64,000 nucleotides of DNA from Malacoraja senta (Eukaryota). The number at the start of each line of letters is the position of its first letter. Position 1 is the stretch's first letter. Location of the stretch: the NCBI GenBank assembly GCA_038087875.1, contig JAXLNO010000584.1:1-64000 (forward strand). Direction: 5' to 3'. Under the pieces are notes generated by a model. The model made no database searches. It was not told the DNA's origin and saw nothing but the letters and a program-made list of their open reading frames with translations. A program made the translations under genes and the position numbers. Shown here piece by piece: positions 10,601 through 22,600 of this stretch.

Positions 10601-13600
10601 TTGCTTTAAAATGCAGTAGATTGTTTGCTTTGAAAATGGAAAAAGTGGTTTGATTTGAAAATGCAAAAGGGGGTTTGCTTTGAAATTGCAAAAAAAAGTG
10701 GTTTGCTTTGAAAGTGCAAAAGGTGGTTTGCTTTGAAAATACAAAAGGTGGTATGCTTAGAAAATGCAAAAGGTGGTTTGCTTTGAAAATGCAAAAGGTG
10801 GTTTGCTTTGAAAATGCAAAATGTGGTTTTCTTTGAAAATGCAAAAGGTGGTTTGCTTTGAAAATACAAAAGGTGATATGCTTAGAAAATGCAAAAGGTG
10901 GTTTGCTTTGAAAATGCAAAAGGTGGTTTGCTTTGAAAATGCAAAAGGTGGTTTGCTTTGAAAATCCAAAATGTGGTTTTCTTTGAAAATGCAAAAGGTG
11001 GTTTGCTTTCAAAATGCAAAAGTTGGTTTGCTGGTTTGCATTGAAAAAGCAAAAGGTGGTTTGCTTTGAAAATGCAAAAGGTGGTTTGCTTTAAAAATGC
11101 ATTAGATGGTTTGCTTTGAAAATGGAAACGGAGGTTTGCTTTGAAAATGCAAAAAGGTTTGCTTTAAAATGCAGTAGATTGTTTGCTTTGAAAATGGAAA
11201 AAGAGGTTTGCTTATAATTGCAAAAGGTGGTTTGCTTTGAAATTGCAAAAAAAAGTGGTTTACTTTGAAAGTTCAAAAGGTGGTTTGCTTTGAAAATACA
11301 AAAGGTGGTATGCTTAGAAAATGCAAAAGGTGGTTTGCTTTGAAAATGCAAAAGGTGGTTTGCTTTGAAAATGCAAAATGTGGTTTTCTTTGAAAATGCA
11401 AAAGGTGGTTTGCTTTGAAAATGCAAAATGTCGTTTGCTTTGAAAATGAAAAAGGTGGTTTGCTTTGAAAATGCAAACGGTTTGCTTTGAAAATGCCAAG
11501 GGTTTACTTTGAAAATGGAAAAGGTATGCTTTGAAAATGCAAATAGTGGTTTGCTTTGAAGGTCAAATGGTGGTTTGCTTTGAAAAAGCAAAAGGTGGTT
11601 GCTTTGAAAATGCAAACGGTGGTTTGCTTTGAAAATGCAAAAGGTGGTTTGCTTTGAAAATGCAAAATGTGGTTTTCTTTGAAAATGCAAAAGGTGGTTT
11701 GCTTTGAAAATGCAAAATGTCGTTTGCTTTGAAAATGAAAAAGGTGGTTTGCTTTGAAAATGCAAACGGTTTGCTTTGAAAATGCCAAGGGTTTACTTTG
11801 AAAATGGAAAAGGTATGCTTTGAAAATGCAAAAAGTGGTTTGCTTTGAAGGTCAAATGGTGGTTTGCTTTGAAAAAGCAAAAGGTGGTTGCTTTGAAAAT
11901 GCAAACGGTGGTTTGCTTTGAAAATGCAAAAGGTGGTTTGCTTTGAAAATGCAAAAGTTGGTTTGCTGGTTTGCATTGAAAATGCAAAAGGTGGTTTGCT
12001 TTGAAAATGCAAAAAGGTTTGCTTTAAAATGCAGTAGATTGTTTGCTTTGAAAATGGAAAAAGTGGTTTGCTTTGAAAATGCAGTAGATGGTTTGCTTTG
12101 AAAATCGAAACGGAGGTTTGCTTTGAAAATGCAAAAGGTGGTTTGCTTTGAAAATGCAAAAGGTGGTTTGCTTTAAAAATGCATTAGATGGTTTGCTTTG
12201 AAAATGGAAACGGAGGTTTGCTTTGAAAATGCAAAAAGGTTTGCTTTAAAATGCAGTAGATTGTTTGCTTTGAAAATGGAAAAAGTGGTTTGCTTATAAA
12301 TGCAAAAGGTGGTTTGCTTTGAAATTGCAAAAAAAAGTGGTTTACTTTGAAAGTTCAAAAGGTGGTTTGCTTTGAAAATACAAAAGGTGGTATGCTTAGA
12401 AAATGCAAAAGGTGGTTTGCTTTGAAAATGCAAAAGGTGGTTTGCTTTGAAAATGCAAAATGTGGTTTTCTTTGAAAATGCAAAAGGTGGTTTGCTTTGA
12501 AAATGCAAAATGTCGTTTGCTTTGAAAATGAAAAAGGTGGTTTGCTTTGAAAATGCAAACGGTTTGCTTTGAAAATGCCACGGGTTTACTTTGAAAATGG
12601 AAAAGGTATGCTTTGAAAATGCAAATAGTGGTTTGCTTTGAAGGTCAAATGGTGGTTTGCTTTGAAAAAGCAAAAGGTGGTTGCTTTGAAAATGCAAACG
12701 GTGGTTTGCTTTGAAAATGCAAAAGGTGGTTTGCTTTGAAAATGCAAAAGTTAGTTTGCTGGTTTGCATTGAAAATGCAAAAGGTGGTTTGCTTTGAAAA
12801 TGCAAAAAGGTTTGCTTTAAAATGCAGTAGATTGTTTGCTTTGAAAATGGAAAAAGTGGTTTGCTTTGAAAATGCAGTAGATGGTTTGCTTTGAAAATGG
12901 AAACGGAGGTTTGCTTTGAAAATGCAAAAGGTGGTTTGCTTTGAAAATGCAAAAAAGGTTTGCTTTAAAATGCAGTAGATTGTTTGCTTTGAAAATGGAA
13001 AAAGTGGTTTGATTTGAAAATGCAAAAGGGGGTTTGCTTTGAAATTGCAAAAAAAAGTGGTTTGCTTTGAAAGTGCAAAAGGTGGTTTGCTTTGAAAATA
13101 CAAAAGGTGGTATGCTTAGAAAATGCAAAAGGTGGTTTGCTTTGAAAATGCAAAAGGTGGTTTGCTTTGAAAATGCAAAATGTGGTTTTCTTTGAAAATG
13201 CAAAAGGTGGTTTGCTTTGAAAATACAAAAGGTGATATGCTTAGAAAATGCAAAAGGTGGTTTGCTTTGAAAATGCAAAAGGTGGTTTGCTTTGAAAATG
13301 CAAAAGGTGGTTTGCTTTGAAAATCCAAAATGTGGTTTTCTTTGAAAATCCAAAAGGTGGTTTGCTTTCAAAATGCAAAAGTTGGTTTGCTGGTTTGCAT
13401 TGAAAAAGCAAAAGGTGGTTTGCTTTGAAAATGCAAAAGGTGGTTTGCTTTAAAAATGCATTAGATGGTTTGCTTTGAAAATGGAAACGGAGGTTTGCTT
13501 TGAAAATGCAAAAAGGTTTGCTTTAAAATGCAGTAGATTGTTTGCTTTGAAAATGGAAAAAGAGGTTTGCTTATAAATGCAAAAGGTGGTTTGCTTTGAA

Positions 13601-16600
13601 ATTGCAAAAAAAAGTGGTTTACTTTGAAAGTTCAAAAGGTGGTTTGCTTTGAAAATACAAAAGGTGGTATGCTTAGAAAATGCAAAAGGTGGTTTGCTTT
13701 GAAAATGCAAAAGGTGGTTTGCTTTGAAAATGCAAAATGTGGTTTGCTTTGAAAATGGAAAAGGGGGTTTCCTTTGAAAATGCAAAACTTGGTTTGCTTT
13801 GAAAATGCAAAAAGGTTTGTTTTAAAAATGCAGTAGATGGTTTGCTTTGAAAATAGAAAAGGTGGTTTGCTTTGAAAATGCAAAAGGTGGTTTGATTTGA
13901 AATTGCAAAAAAATTGGTTTGCTTTGAAAATGCAAAAAAAAGTGGTTTGCTTTGAAAATACAAAAGCTGCTTTTTAATGGAAATGCAAAAGGTGGTTTGC
14001 TTTGAAAATGCAAAATATGGTATGCTTTGAAAATGCAAAAGGTGGTTTGCTTTGAAAATGCAAAAGGTGGTTTGCTTTGAAAATCCAAAATGTGGTTTTC
14101 TTTGAAAATGCAAAAGGTGGTTTGCTTTGAAAATGCAAACGTTGGTTTGCTGGTTTGCATTGAAAATGCAAAAGGTGGTTTGCTTTGAAAATGCAAAAGG
14201 TGGTTTGCTTTAAAAATGCATCAGATGGTTTGCTTTGAAAATGGAAACGGAGGTTTGCTTTGAAAATGCAAAAAGGTTTGCTTTAAAATGCAGTAGATTG
14301 TTTGCTTTGAAAATGGAAAAAGTGGTTTGCTTTGAAAATGCAGTAGATGGTTTGCTTTGAAAATGGAAACGGGGGTTTGCTTTGAAAATGCAAAAGGTGG
14401 TTTGCTTTGAAAATGCAAAAAACGTTTGCTTTAAAATGCAGTAGATTGTTTGCTTTGAAAATGGAAAAAGTGGTTTGCTTTGAAAATGCAAAAGGGGGTT
14501 TGCTTTGAAATTGTAAAAAAGTGGTTTGCTTTGAAAGTGCAAAAGGTGGTTTGCTTTGAAAATACAAAAGGTGGTTTGCTTTGAAAATGCAAAATGTGGT
14601 TTTCTTTGAAAATGCAAAAGGTGGTTTGCTTTGAAAATACAAAAGGTGGTATGCTTAGAAAATGCAAAAGGTGGTTTGCTTTGAAAATGCAAAAGGTGGT
14701 TTGCTTTGAAAATGCAAAAGGTGGTATGCTTAGAAAATGCAAAAGGTGGTTTGCTTTGAAAATGCAAAAGGTGGTTTGCTTTGAAAATGCAAAAGGTGGT
14801 TTGCTTTGAAAATCCAAAATGTGGTTTTCTTTGAAAATGCAAAAGGTGGTTTGCTTTCAAAATGCAAAAGTTGGTTTGCTGGTTTGCATTGAAAATGCAA
14901 AAGGTGGTTTGCTTTGAAAATGCAAAAGGTGGTTTGCTTTAAAAATGCATTAGATTGTTTGCTTTGAAAATGGAAACGGAGGTTTGCTTTGAAAATGCAA
15001 AAAGGTTTGCTTTAAAATGCAGTAGATTGTTTGCTTTGAAAAGGGAAAAAGTGGTTTGCATATAAATGCAAAAGGTGGTTTGCTTTGAAATTGCAAAAAA
15101 AAGTGGTTTACTTTGAAAGTTCAAAAGGTGGTTTGCTTTGAAAATACAAAAGGTGGTATGCTTAGAAAATGCAAAAGGTGGTTTGCTTTGAAAATGCAAA
15201 AGGTGGTTTGCTTTGAAAATGCAAAATGTGGTTTTCTTTGAAAATGCAAAAGGTGGTTTGCTTTGAAAATGCAAAATGTCGTTTGCTTTGAAAATGAAAA
15301 AGGTGGTTTGCTTTGAAAATGCAAACGGTTTGCTTTGAAAATGCCACGGGTTTACTTTGAAAATGGAAAAGGTATGCTTTGAAAATGCAAATAGTGGTTT
15401 GCTTTGAAGGTCAAATGGTGGTTTGCTTTGAAAAAGCAAAAGGTGGTTGCTTTGAAAATGCAAACGGTGGTTTGCTTTGAAAATGCAAAAGGTGGTTTGC
15501 TTTGAAAATGCAAAAGTTGGTTTGCTGGTTTGCATTGAAAATGCAAAAGGTGGTTTGCTTTGAAAATGCAAAAAGGTTTGCTTTAAAATGCAGTAGATTG
15601 TTTGCTTTGAAAATGGAAAAAGTGGATTGCTTTGAAAATGCAGTAGATGGTTTGCTTTGAAAATGGAAACGGAGGTTTGCTTTGAAAATGCAAAAGGTGG
15701 TTTGCTTTGAAAATGCAAAAAAGGTTTGCTTTAAAATGCAGTAGATTGTTTGCTTTGAAAATGGAAAAAGTGGTTTGATTTGAAAATGCAAAAGGGGGTT
15801 TGCTTTGAAATTGCAAAAAAAAGTGGTTTGCTTTGAAAGTGCAAAAGGTGGTTTGCTTTGAAAATACAAAAGGTGGTATGCTTAGAAAATGCAAAAGGTG
15901 GTTTGCTTTGAAAATGCAAAAGGTGGTTTGGTTTGAAAATGCAAAATGTGGTTTTCTTTGAAAATGCAAAAGGTGGTTTGCTTTGAAAATACAAAAGGTG
16001 ATATGCTTAGAAAATGCAAAAGGTGGTTTGCTTTGAAAATGCAAAAGGTGGTTTGCTTTGAAAATGCAAAAGGTGGTTTGCTTTGAAAATCCAAAATGTG
16101 GTTTTCTTTGAAAATGCAAAAGGTGGTTTGCTTTCAAAATGCAAAAGTTGGTTTGCTGGTTTGCATTGAAAAAGCAAAAGGTGGTTTGCTTTGAAAATGC
16201 AAAAGATGGTTTGCTTTAAAAATGCATTAGATGGTTTGCTTTGAAAATGGAAACGGAGGTTTGCTTTGAAAATGCAAAAAGGTTTGCTTTAAAATGCAGT
16301 AGATTGTTTGCTTTGAAAATGGAAAAAGAGGTTTGCTTATAAATGCAAAAGGTGGTTTGCTTTGAAATTGCAAAAAAGTGGTTTACTTTGAAAGTTCAAA
16401 AGGTGGTTTGCTTTGAAAATACAACAGGTGGTATGCTTAGAAAATGCAAAAGGTGGTTTGCTTTGAAAATGCAAAAGGTGGTTTGCTTTGAAAATGCAAA
16501 ATGTGGTTTTCTTTGAAAATGCAAAAGGTGGTTTGCTTTGAAAATGCAAAATGTCGTTTGCTTTGAAAATGAAAAAGGTGGTTTGCTTTGAAAATGCAAA

Positions 16601-19600
16601 CGGTTTGCTTTGAAAATGCCAAGGGTTTACTTTGAAAATGGAAAAGGTATGCTTTGAAAATGCAAATAGTGGTTTGCTTTGAAGGTCAAATGGTGGTTTG
16701 CTTTGAAAAAGCAAAAGGTGGTTGCTTTGAAAATGCAAACGGTGGTTTGCTTTGAAAATGCAAAAGGTGATTTGCTTTGAAAATGCAAAATGTGGTTTTC
16801 TTTGAAAATGCAAAAGGTGGTTTGCTTTGAAAATGCAAAATGTCGTTTGCTTTGAAAATGAAAAAGGTGGTTTGCTTTGAAAATGCAAACGGTTTGCTTT
16901 GAAAATGCCAAGGGTTTACTTTGAAAATGGAAAAGGTATGCTTTGAAAATGCAAATAGTGGTTTGCTTTGAAGGTCAAATGGTGGTTTGCTTTGAAAAAG
17001 CAAAAGGTGGTTGCTTTGAAAATGCAAACGGTGGTTTGCTTTGAAAATGCAAAAGGTGGTTTGCTTTGAAAATGCAAAAGTTGGTTTGCTGGTTTGCATT
17101 GAAAATGCAAAATGTGGTTTTCTTTGAAAATGCAAAAGGTGGTTTGCTTTGAAAATGCAAAATGTCGTTTGCTTTGAAAATGAAAAAGGTGGTTTGCTTT
17201 GAAAATGCAAACGGTTTGCTTTGAAAATGCCACGGGTTTACTTTGAAAATGGAAAAGGTATGCTTTGAAAATGCAAATAGTGGTTTGCTTTGAAGGTCAA
17301 ATGGTGGTTTGCTTTGAAAAAGCAAAAGGTGGTTGCTTTGAAAATGCAAACGGTGGTTTGCTTTGAAAATGCAAAAGGTGGTTTGCTTTGAAAATGCAAA
17401 AGTTGGTTTGCTGGTTTGCATTGAAAATGCAAAAGGTGGTTTGCTTTGAAAATGCAAAAAGGTTTGCTTTAAAATGCAGTAGATTGTTTGCTTTGAAAAT
17501 GGAAAAAGTGGTTTGCTTTGAAAATGCAGTAGATGGTTTGCTTTGAAAATGGAAACGGAGGTTTGCTTTGAAAATGCAAAAGGTGGTTTGCTTTGAAAAT
17601 GCAAAAAAGGTTTGCTTTAAAATGCAGTAGATTGTTTGCTTTGAAAATGGAAAAAGTGGTTTGATTTGAAAATGCAAAAGGGGGTTTGCTTTGAAATTGC
17701 AAAAAAAAGTGGTTTGCTTTGAAAGTGCAAAAGGTGGTTTGCTTTGAAAATACAAAAGGTGGTATGCTTAGAAAATGCAAAAGGTGGTTTGCTTTGAAAA
17801 TGCAAAAGGAGGTTTGCTTTGAAAATGCAAAATGTGGTTTTCTTTGAAAATGCAAAAGGTGGTTTGCTTTGAAAATACAAAAGGTGATATGCTTAGAAAA
17901 TGCAAAAGGTGGTTTGCTTTGAAAATGCAAAAGGTGGTTTGCTTTGAAAATGCAAAAGGTGGTTTGCTTTGAAAATCCAAAATGTGGTTTTCTTTGAAAA
18001 TGCAAAAGGTGGTTTTCTTTCAAAATGCAAAAGTTGGTTTGCTGGTTTGCATTGAAAAAGCAAAAGGTGGTTTGCTTTGAAAATGCAAAAGGTGGTTTGC
18101 TTTAAAAATGCATTAGATGGTTTGCTTTGAAAATGGAAACGGAGGTTTGCTTTGAAAATGCAAAAAGGTTTGCTTTAAAATGCAGTAGATTGTTTGCTTT
18201 GAAAATGGAAAAAGAGGTTTGCTTATAAATGCAAAAGGTGGTTTGCTTTGAAATTGCAAAAAAAAGTGGTTTACTTTGAAAGTTCAAAAGGTGGTTTGCT
18301 TTGAAAATACAAAAGGTGGTATGCTTAGAAAATGCAAAAGGTGGTTTGCTTTGAAAATGCAAAAGGTGGTTTGCTTTGAAAATGCAAAATGTGGTTTTCT
18401 TTGAAAATGCAAAAGGTGGTTTGCTTTGAAAATGCAAAATGTCGTTTGCTTTGAAAATGAAAAACGTGGTTTGCTTTGAAAATGCAAACGGTTTGCTTTG
18501 AAAATCCCAAGGGTTTACTTTGAAAATGGAAAAGGTACGCTTTGAAAATGCAAATAGTGGTTTGCTTTGAAGGTCAAATGGTGGTTTGCTTTGAAAAAGC
18601 AAAAGGTGGTTGCTTTGAAAATGCAAACGGTGGTTTGCTTTGAAAATGCAAAAGGTGGTTTGCTTTGAAAATGCAAAATGTGGTTTTCTTTGAAAATGCA
18701 AAAGGTGGTTTGCTTTGAAAATGCAAAATGTCGTTTGCTTTGAAAATGAAAAAGGTGGTTTGCTTTGAAAATGCAAACGGTTTGCTTTGAAAATGCCAAG
18801 GGTTTACTTTGAAAATGGAAAAGGTATGCTTTGAAAATGCAAATAGTGGTTTGCTTTGAAGGTCAAATGGTGGTTTGCTTTGAAAAAGCAAAAGGTGGTT
18901 GCTTTGAAAATGCAAACGGTGGTTTGCTTTGAAAATGCAAAAGGTGGTTTGCTTTGAAAATGCAAAAGTTGGTTTGCTGGTTTGCATTGAAAATGCAAAA
19001 GGTGGTTTGCTTTGAAAATGCAAAAAGGTTTGCTTTAAAATGCAGTAGATTGTTTGCTTTGAAAATGGAAAAAGTGGTTTGCTTTGAAAATGCAGTAGAT
19101 GGTTTGCTTTGAAAATGGAAACGGAGGTTTGCTTTGAAAATGCAAAAGGTGGTTTGCTTTGAAAATGCAAAAAAGGTTTGCTTTAAAATGCAGTAGATTG
19201 TTTGCTTTGAAAATGGAAAAAGTGGTTTGCTTTGAAAATGCAAAAGGGGGTTTGCTTTGAAATTGCAAAAAAAGTGGTTTGCTTTGAAAGTGCAAAAGGT
19301 GGTTTGCTTTGAAAATACAAAAGGTGGTATGCTTAGAAAATGCAAAAGGTGGTTTGCTTTGAAAATGCAAAAGGTGGTTTGCTTTGAAAATGCAAAATGT
19401 GGTTTTCTTTGAAAATGCAAAAGGTGGTTTGCTTTGAAAATACAAAAGGTGGTATGCTTAGAAAATGCAAAAGGTGGTTTGCTTTGAAAATGCAAAAGGT
19501 GGTTTGCTTTGAAAATGCAAAAGGTGGTTTGCTTTGAAAATCCAAAATGTGGTTTTCTTTGAAAATGCAAAAGGTGGTTTGCTTTCAAAATGCAAAAGTT

Positions 19601-22600
19601 GGTTTGCTGGTTTGCATTGAAAAAGCAAAAGGTGGTTTGCTTTGAAAATGCAAAAGGTGGTTTGCTTTAAAAATGCATTAGATGGTTTGCTTTGAAAATG
19701 GAAACGGAGGTTTGCTTTGAAAATGCAAAAAGGTTTGCTTTAAAATGCAGTAGATTGTTTGCTTTGAAAATACAAAAGGTGGTATGCTTAGAAAATGCAA
19801 AAGGTGGTTTGCTTTGAAAATGCAAATGGTGGTTTGCTTTGAAAATGCAAAATGTGGTTTTCTTTGAAAATGCAAAAGGTGATTTGCTTTGAAAATGCAA
19901 AATGTCGTTTGCTTTGAAAATGAAAAAGGTGGTTTGCTTTGAAAATGCAAACGGTTTGCTTTGAAAATGCCAAGAATTTACTTTGAAAATGGAAAAGGTA
20001 TGCTTTGAAAATGCAAATAGTGGTTTGCTTTGAAGGTCAAATGGTGGTTTGCTTTGAAAAAGCAAAAGGTGGTTGCTTTGAAAATGCAAACGGTGGTTTG
20101 CTTTGAAAATGCAAAAGGTGGTTTGCTTTGAAAATGCAAAAGTTGGTTTGCTGGTTTGCATTGAAAATGCAAAAGGTGGTTTGCTTTGAAAATGCAAAAA
20201 GGTTTGCTTTAAAATGCAGTAGATTGTTTGCTTTGAAAATGGAAACGGAGGTTTGCTTTGAAAATGCAAAAGGTGGTTTGCTTTGAAAATGCAAAAAAGG
20301 TTTGCTTTAAAATGCAGTAGATTGTTTGCTTTGAAAATGGAAAAAGTGGTTTGCTTTGAAAATGCAAAAGGGGGTTTGCTTTGAAATTGCAAAAAAAAGT
20401 GGTCTGCTTTGAAAGTGCAAAAGGTGGTTTGCCTTTAAAATGCAAATGCTGGTTTGCTTTGAAAATGCAAATTGTGGTTTGCTTTGAAAATGTAAAAGGT
20501 GGTTTGCTTTGAAAATGCAAAAGGTGGTTTGCTGGTTTGCATTGAAAATGCAAAAGCTGCTTTTTAATGCAAATGCAAAATGTGGTTTGCTTTGAAAATC
20601 CAAAATATGGTATGCTTAGAAAATGCAAAAGGTGGTTTGCTTTGAAAATGCAAAAGGTGGTTTGATTTGAAAATGCAAAATGTGCTTTACTTTGAAAATG
20701 CAAAAGGTGGTTTGCTTTGAAAATGCAAAAAGTCGTTTGCTTTGAAAATGAAAAAGGTGGTTTGCTTTGAAAATGCAAAAGGTATGCTTTGAAAATGCAA
20801 ACAGTGATTTGCTTTGAAGGTGAAATGGTGGTTTGCTTTGAAAAAGCAAAAGGTGGTTGCTTTGAAGATGCAAACGGTGGTTTGCTTTTAAAATGCAAAG
20901 GGTGGTTTGCTTTTAAAATGCAAAAGGTGGTTTGCTATAAAAACGCCAAAGGAGGTTTGCTTTGAAAAGGCAAAATGTGGTTTGCTTTGAAAATGCAAAA
21001 GGTCGTTTGTTTGGAAAATGCAAAAGGTGGTTTGCTACGAAAATGCAAAAGTTAGTTTGCTGGTTTGCATTGACAATGCAAAAGGTGGTTTGTTTTGAAA
21101 ATGCAAAAGGTGGTGTGCTATGAAAATGGAAAAGGTGTTTTGCTTTGAAAATGCAAAAGGTGGTTTGCTTTGAAATTACAAAAGGTGGTTTGCTTTGAAA
21201 ATGCAAAAGGTGGTTTGCTTTGAAAATGCAAAAAGGTTTGCTTTGAAAATGCAAAAGGTGGTTTGCTTTGAAAATTTAAAAGGTGTTTTGCTTTGAAAAT
21301 GCAAAGAGTGGTCTGCTTTGAAAATGCAAAGGTGGTTTGCTTTGAAATTGCAAAAGGTGGTTTGCTTTGAAAATGCAAAAGGTGGTTTGCTTTGAAAATG
21401 CAAAAGATGGTTTGCTTTTAAAATACAAAAGGTGGTTTGCTTTGAAAATGCAAAAGGTGGTTTGCTTTGAAAATGCAAAAAGGTTTGCTTTTAAAATGCA
21501 GTAGGTGGTTTGCTTTGAAAATGGAAAATGTGTTTGCTTTGAAAATGCAAAAGGTGGTTTGGTTTGAAATTGCAAAAAGTGGTTTGCTTTGAAAATGGAA
21601 AAGGTGGTTTGCTTTGAAAATACAAAATGTGGTTTGGTTTGAAAATGCAAAAGGTGGTTTGCTTTTAAAATGCAAAAGGTGGTTTGCTTTGAAAATGCAA
21701 ATGGTGGTTTGCGTTGAAAATGAAAAACGTGGTTTGCTTTGAAAATGCAAAAGGTGGTTTGGGATAAAAATTACAAAAAGTGGTTTGCTTTGAAAATGCA
21801 AAAGGTGGTTTGCTTTGAAAATGCAAAAGTTGGTTTGCTGGTTTGCATTGAAAATGCAAAAGGTGGTTTACTTTGAAAATGCAAAAGGTCGTTTGCTTTG
21901 AAAGTGCAAAAGGTGGTTTGCTTTGAAAATGCAGAAGGTGGTTTGCTTTGAAAATGCAAAAGGTCGTTTGCTTTGAAAGTGCAAAAGGTGGTTTGCTTTG
22001 AAAATGCTAAATGTGGTTTGCTTTGAAAATGCAAAAAGTGGTTTGCTTTGAAAATGCAAAAGGTGGTTTACTTTGAAAAGGTGGTTTGCTTAGAAAATGC
22101 AAAAGGAGATTTGCTTTGAAAATACAAAAGCTGGTTTGCTTTGAAAATGGAAATGGTGGTTTGCTTTGAAAATGCAATAATGTTTGCTTTTAAAATGCAA
22201 TAGGTGGTTTGCTTTGAAAATGGAAAAGGTGGTTTGCTTTGAAAATGGAAAAGGTGGCTTGTTTTGAAATTGAAAAAAGTGGTTTGCTTTGAAAATGCAA
22301 AAGTGGTTTGCTTTGAAAATTTAAAAGGTCGTTTGCTTTGAAAATGCAAAAGGTGGTTTGCTTTGAAAATGCAAAAAGTGGTTCGCTTTGAAACTGCAAG
22401 AGGTGGTTTGCTTTGAAATTGCAAAAGGTGGTTTGCTTTAAAAATGCATAAAGGTGGTTTGCTTTGAAAATGCAAAAGGTGGAATGCTTTGAAAAGGTTG
22501 TTTGCTTTGAAAAGGTGATTTGCTTTTAAAATGCAAAGGGTGGATTGCTTTGAAAATGCAAAAAGGTTTGCTTTTAAAATGCAGTGGCTGGTTTGCTTTA

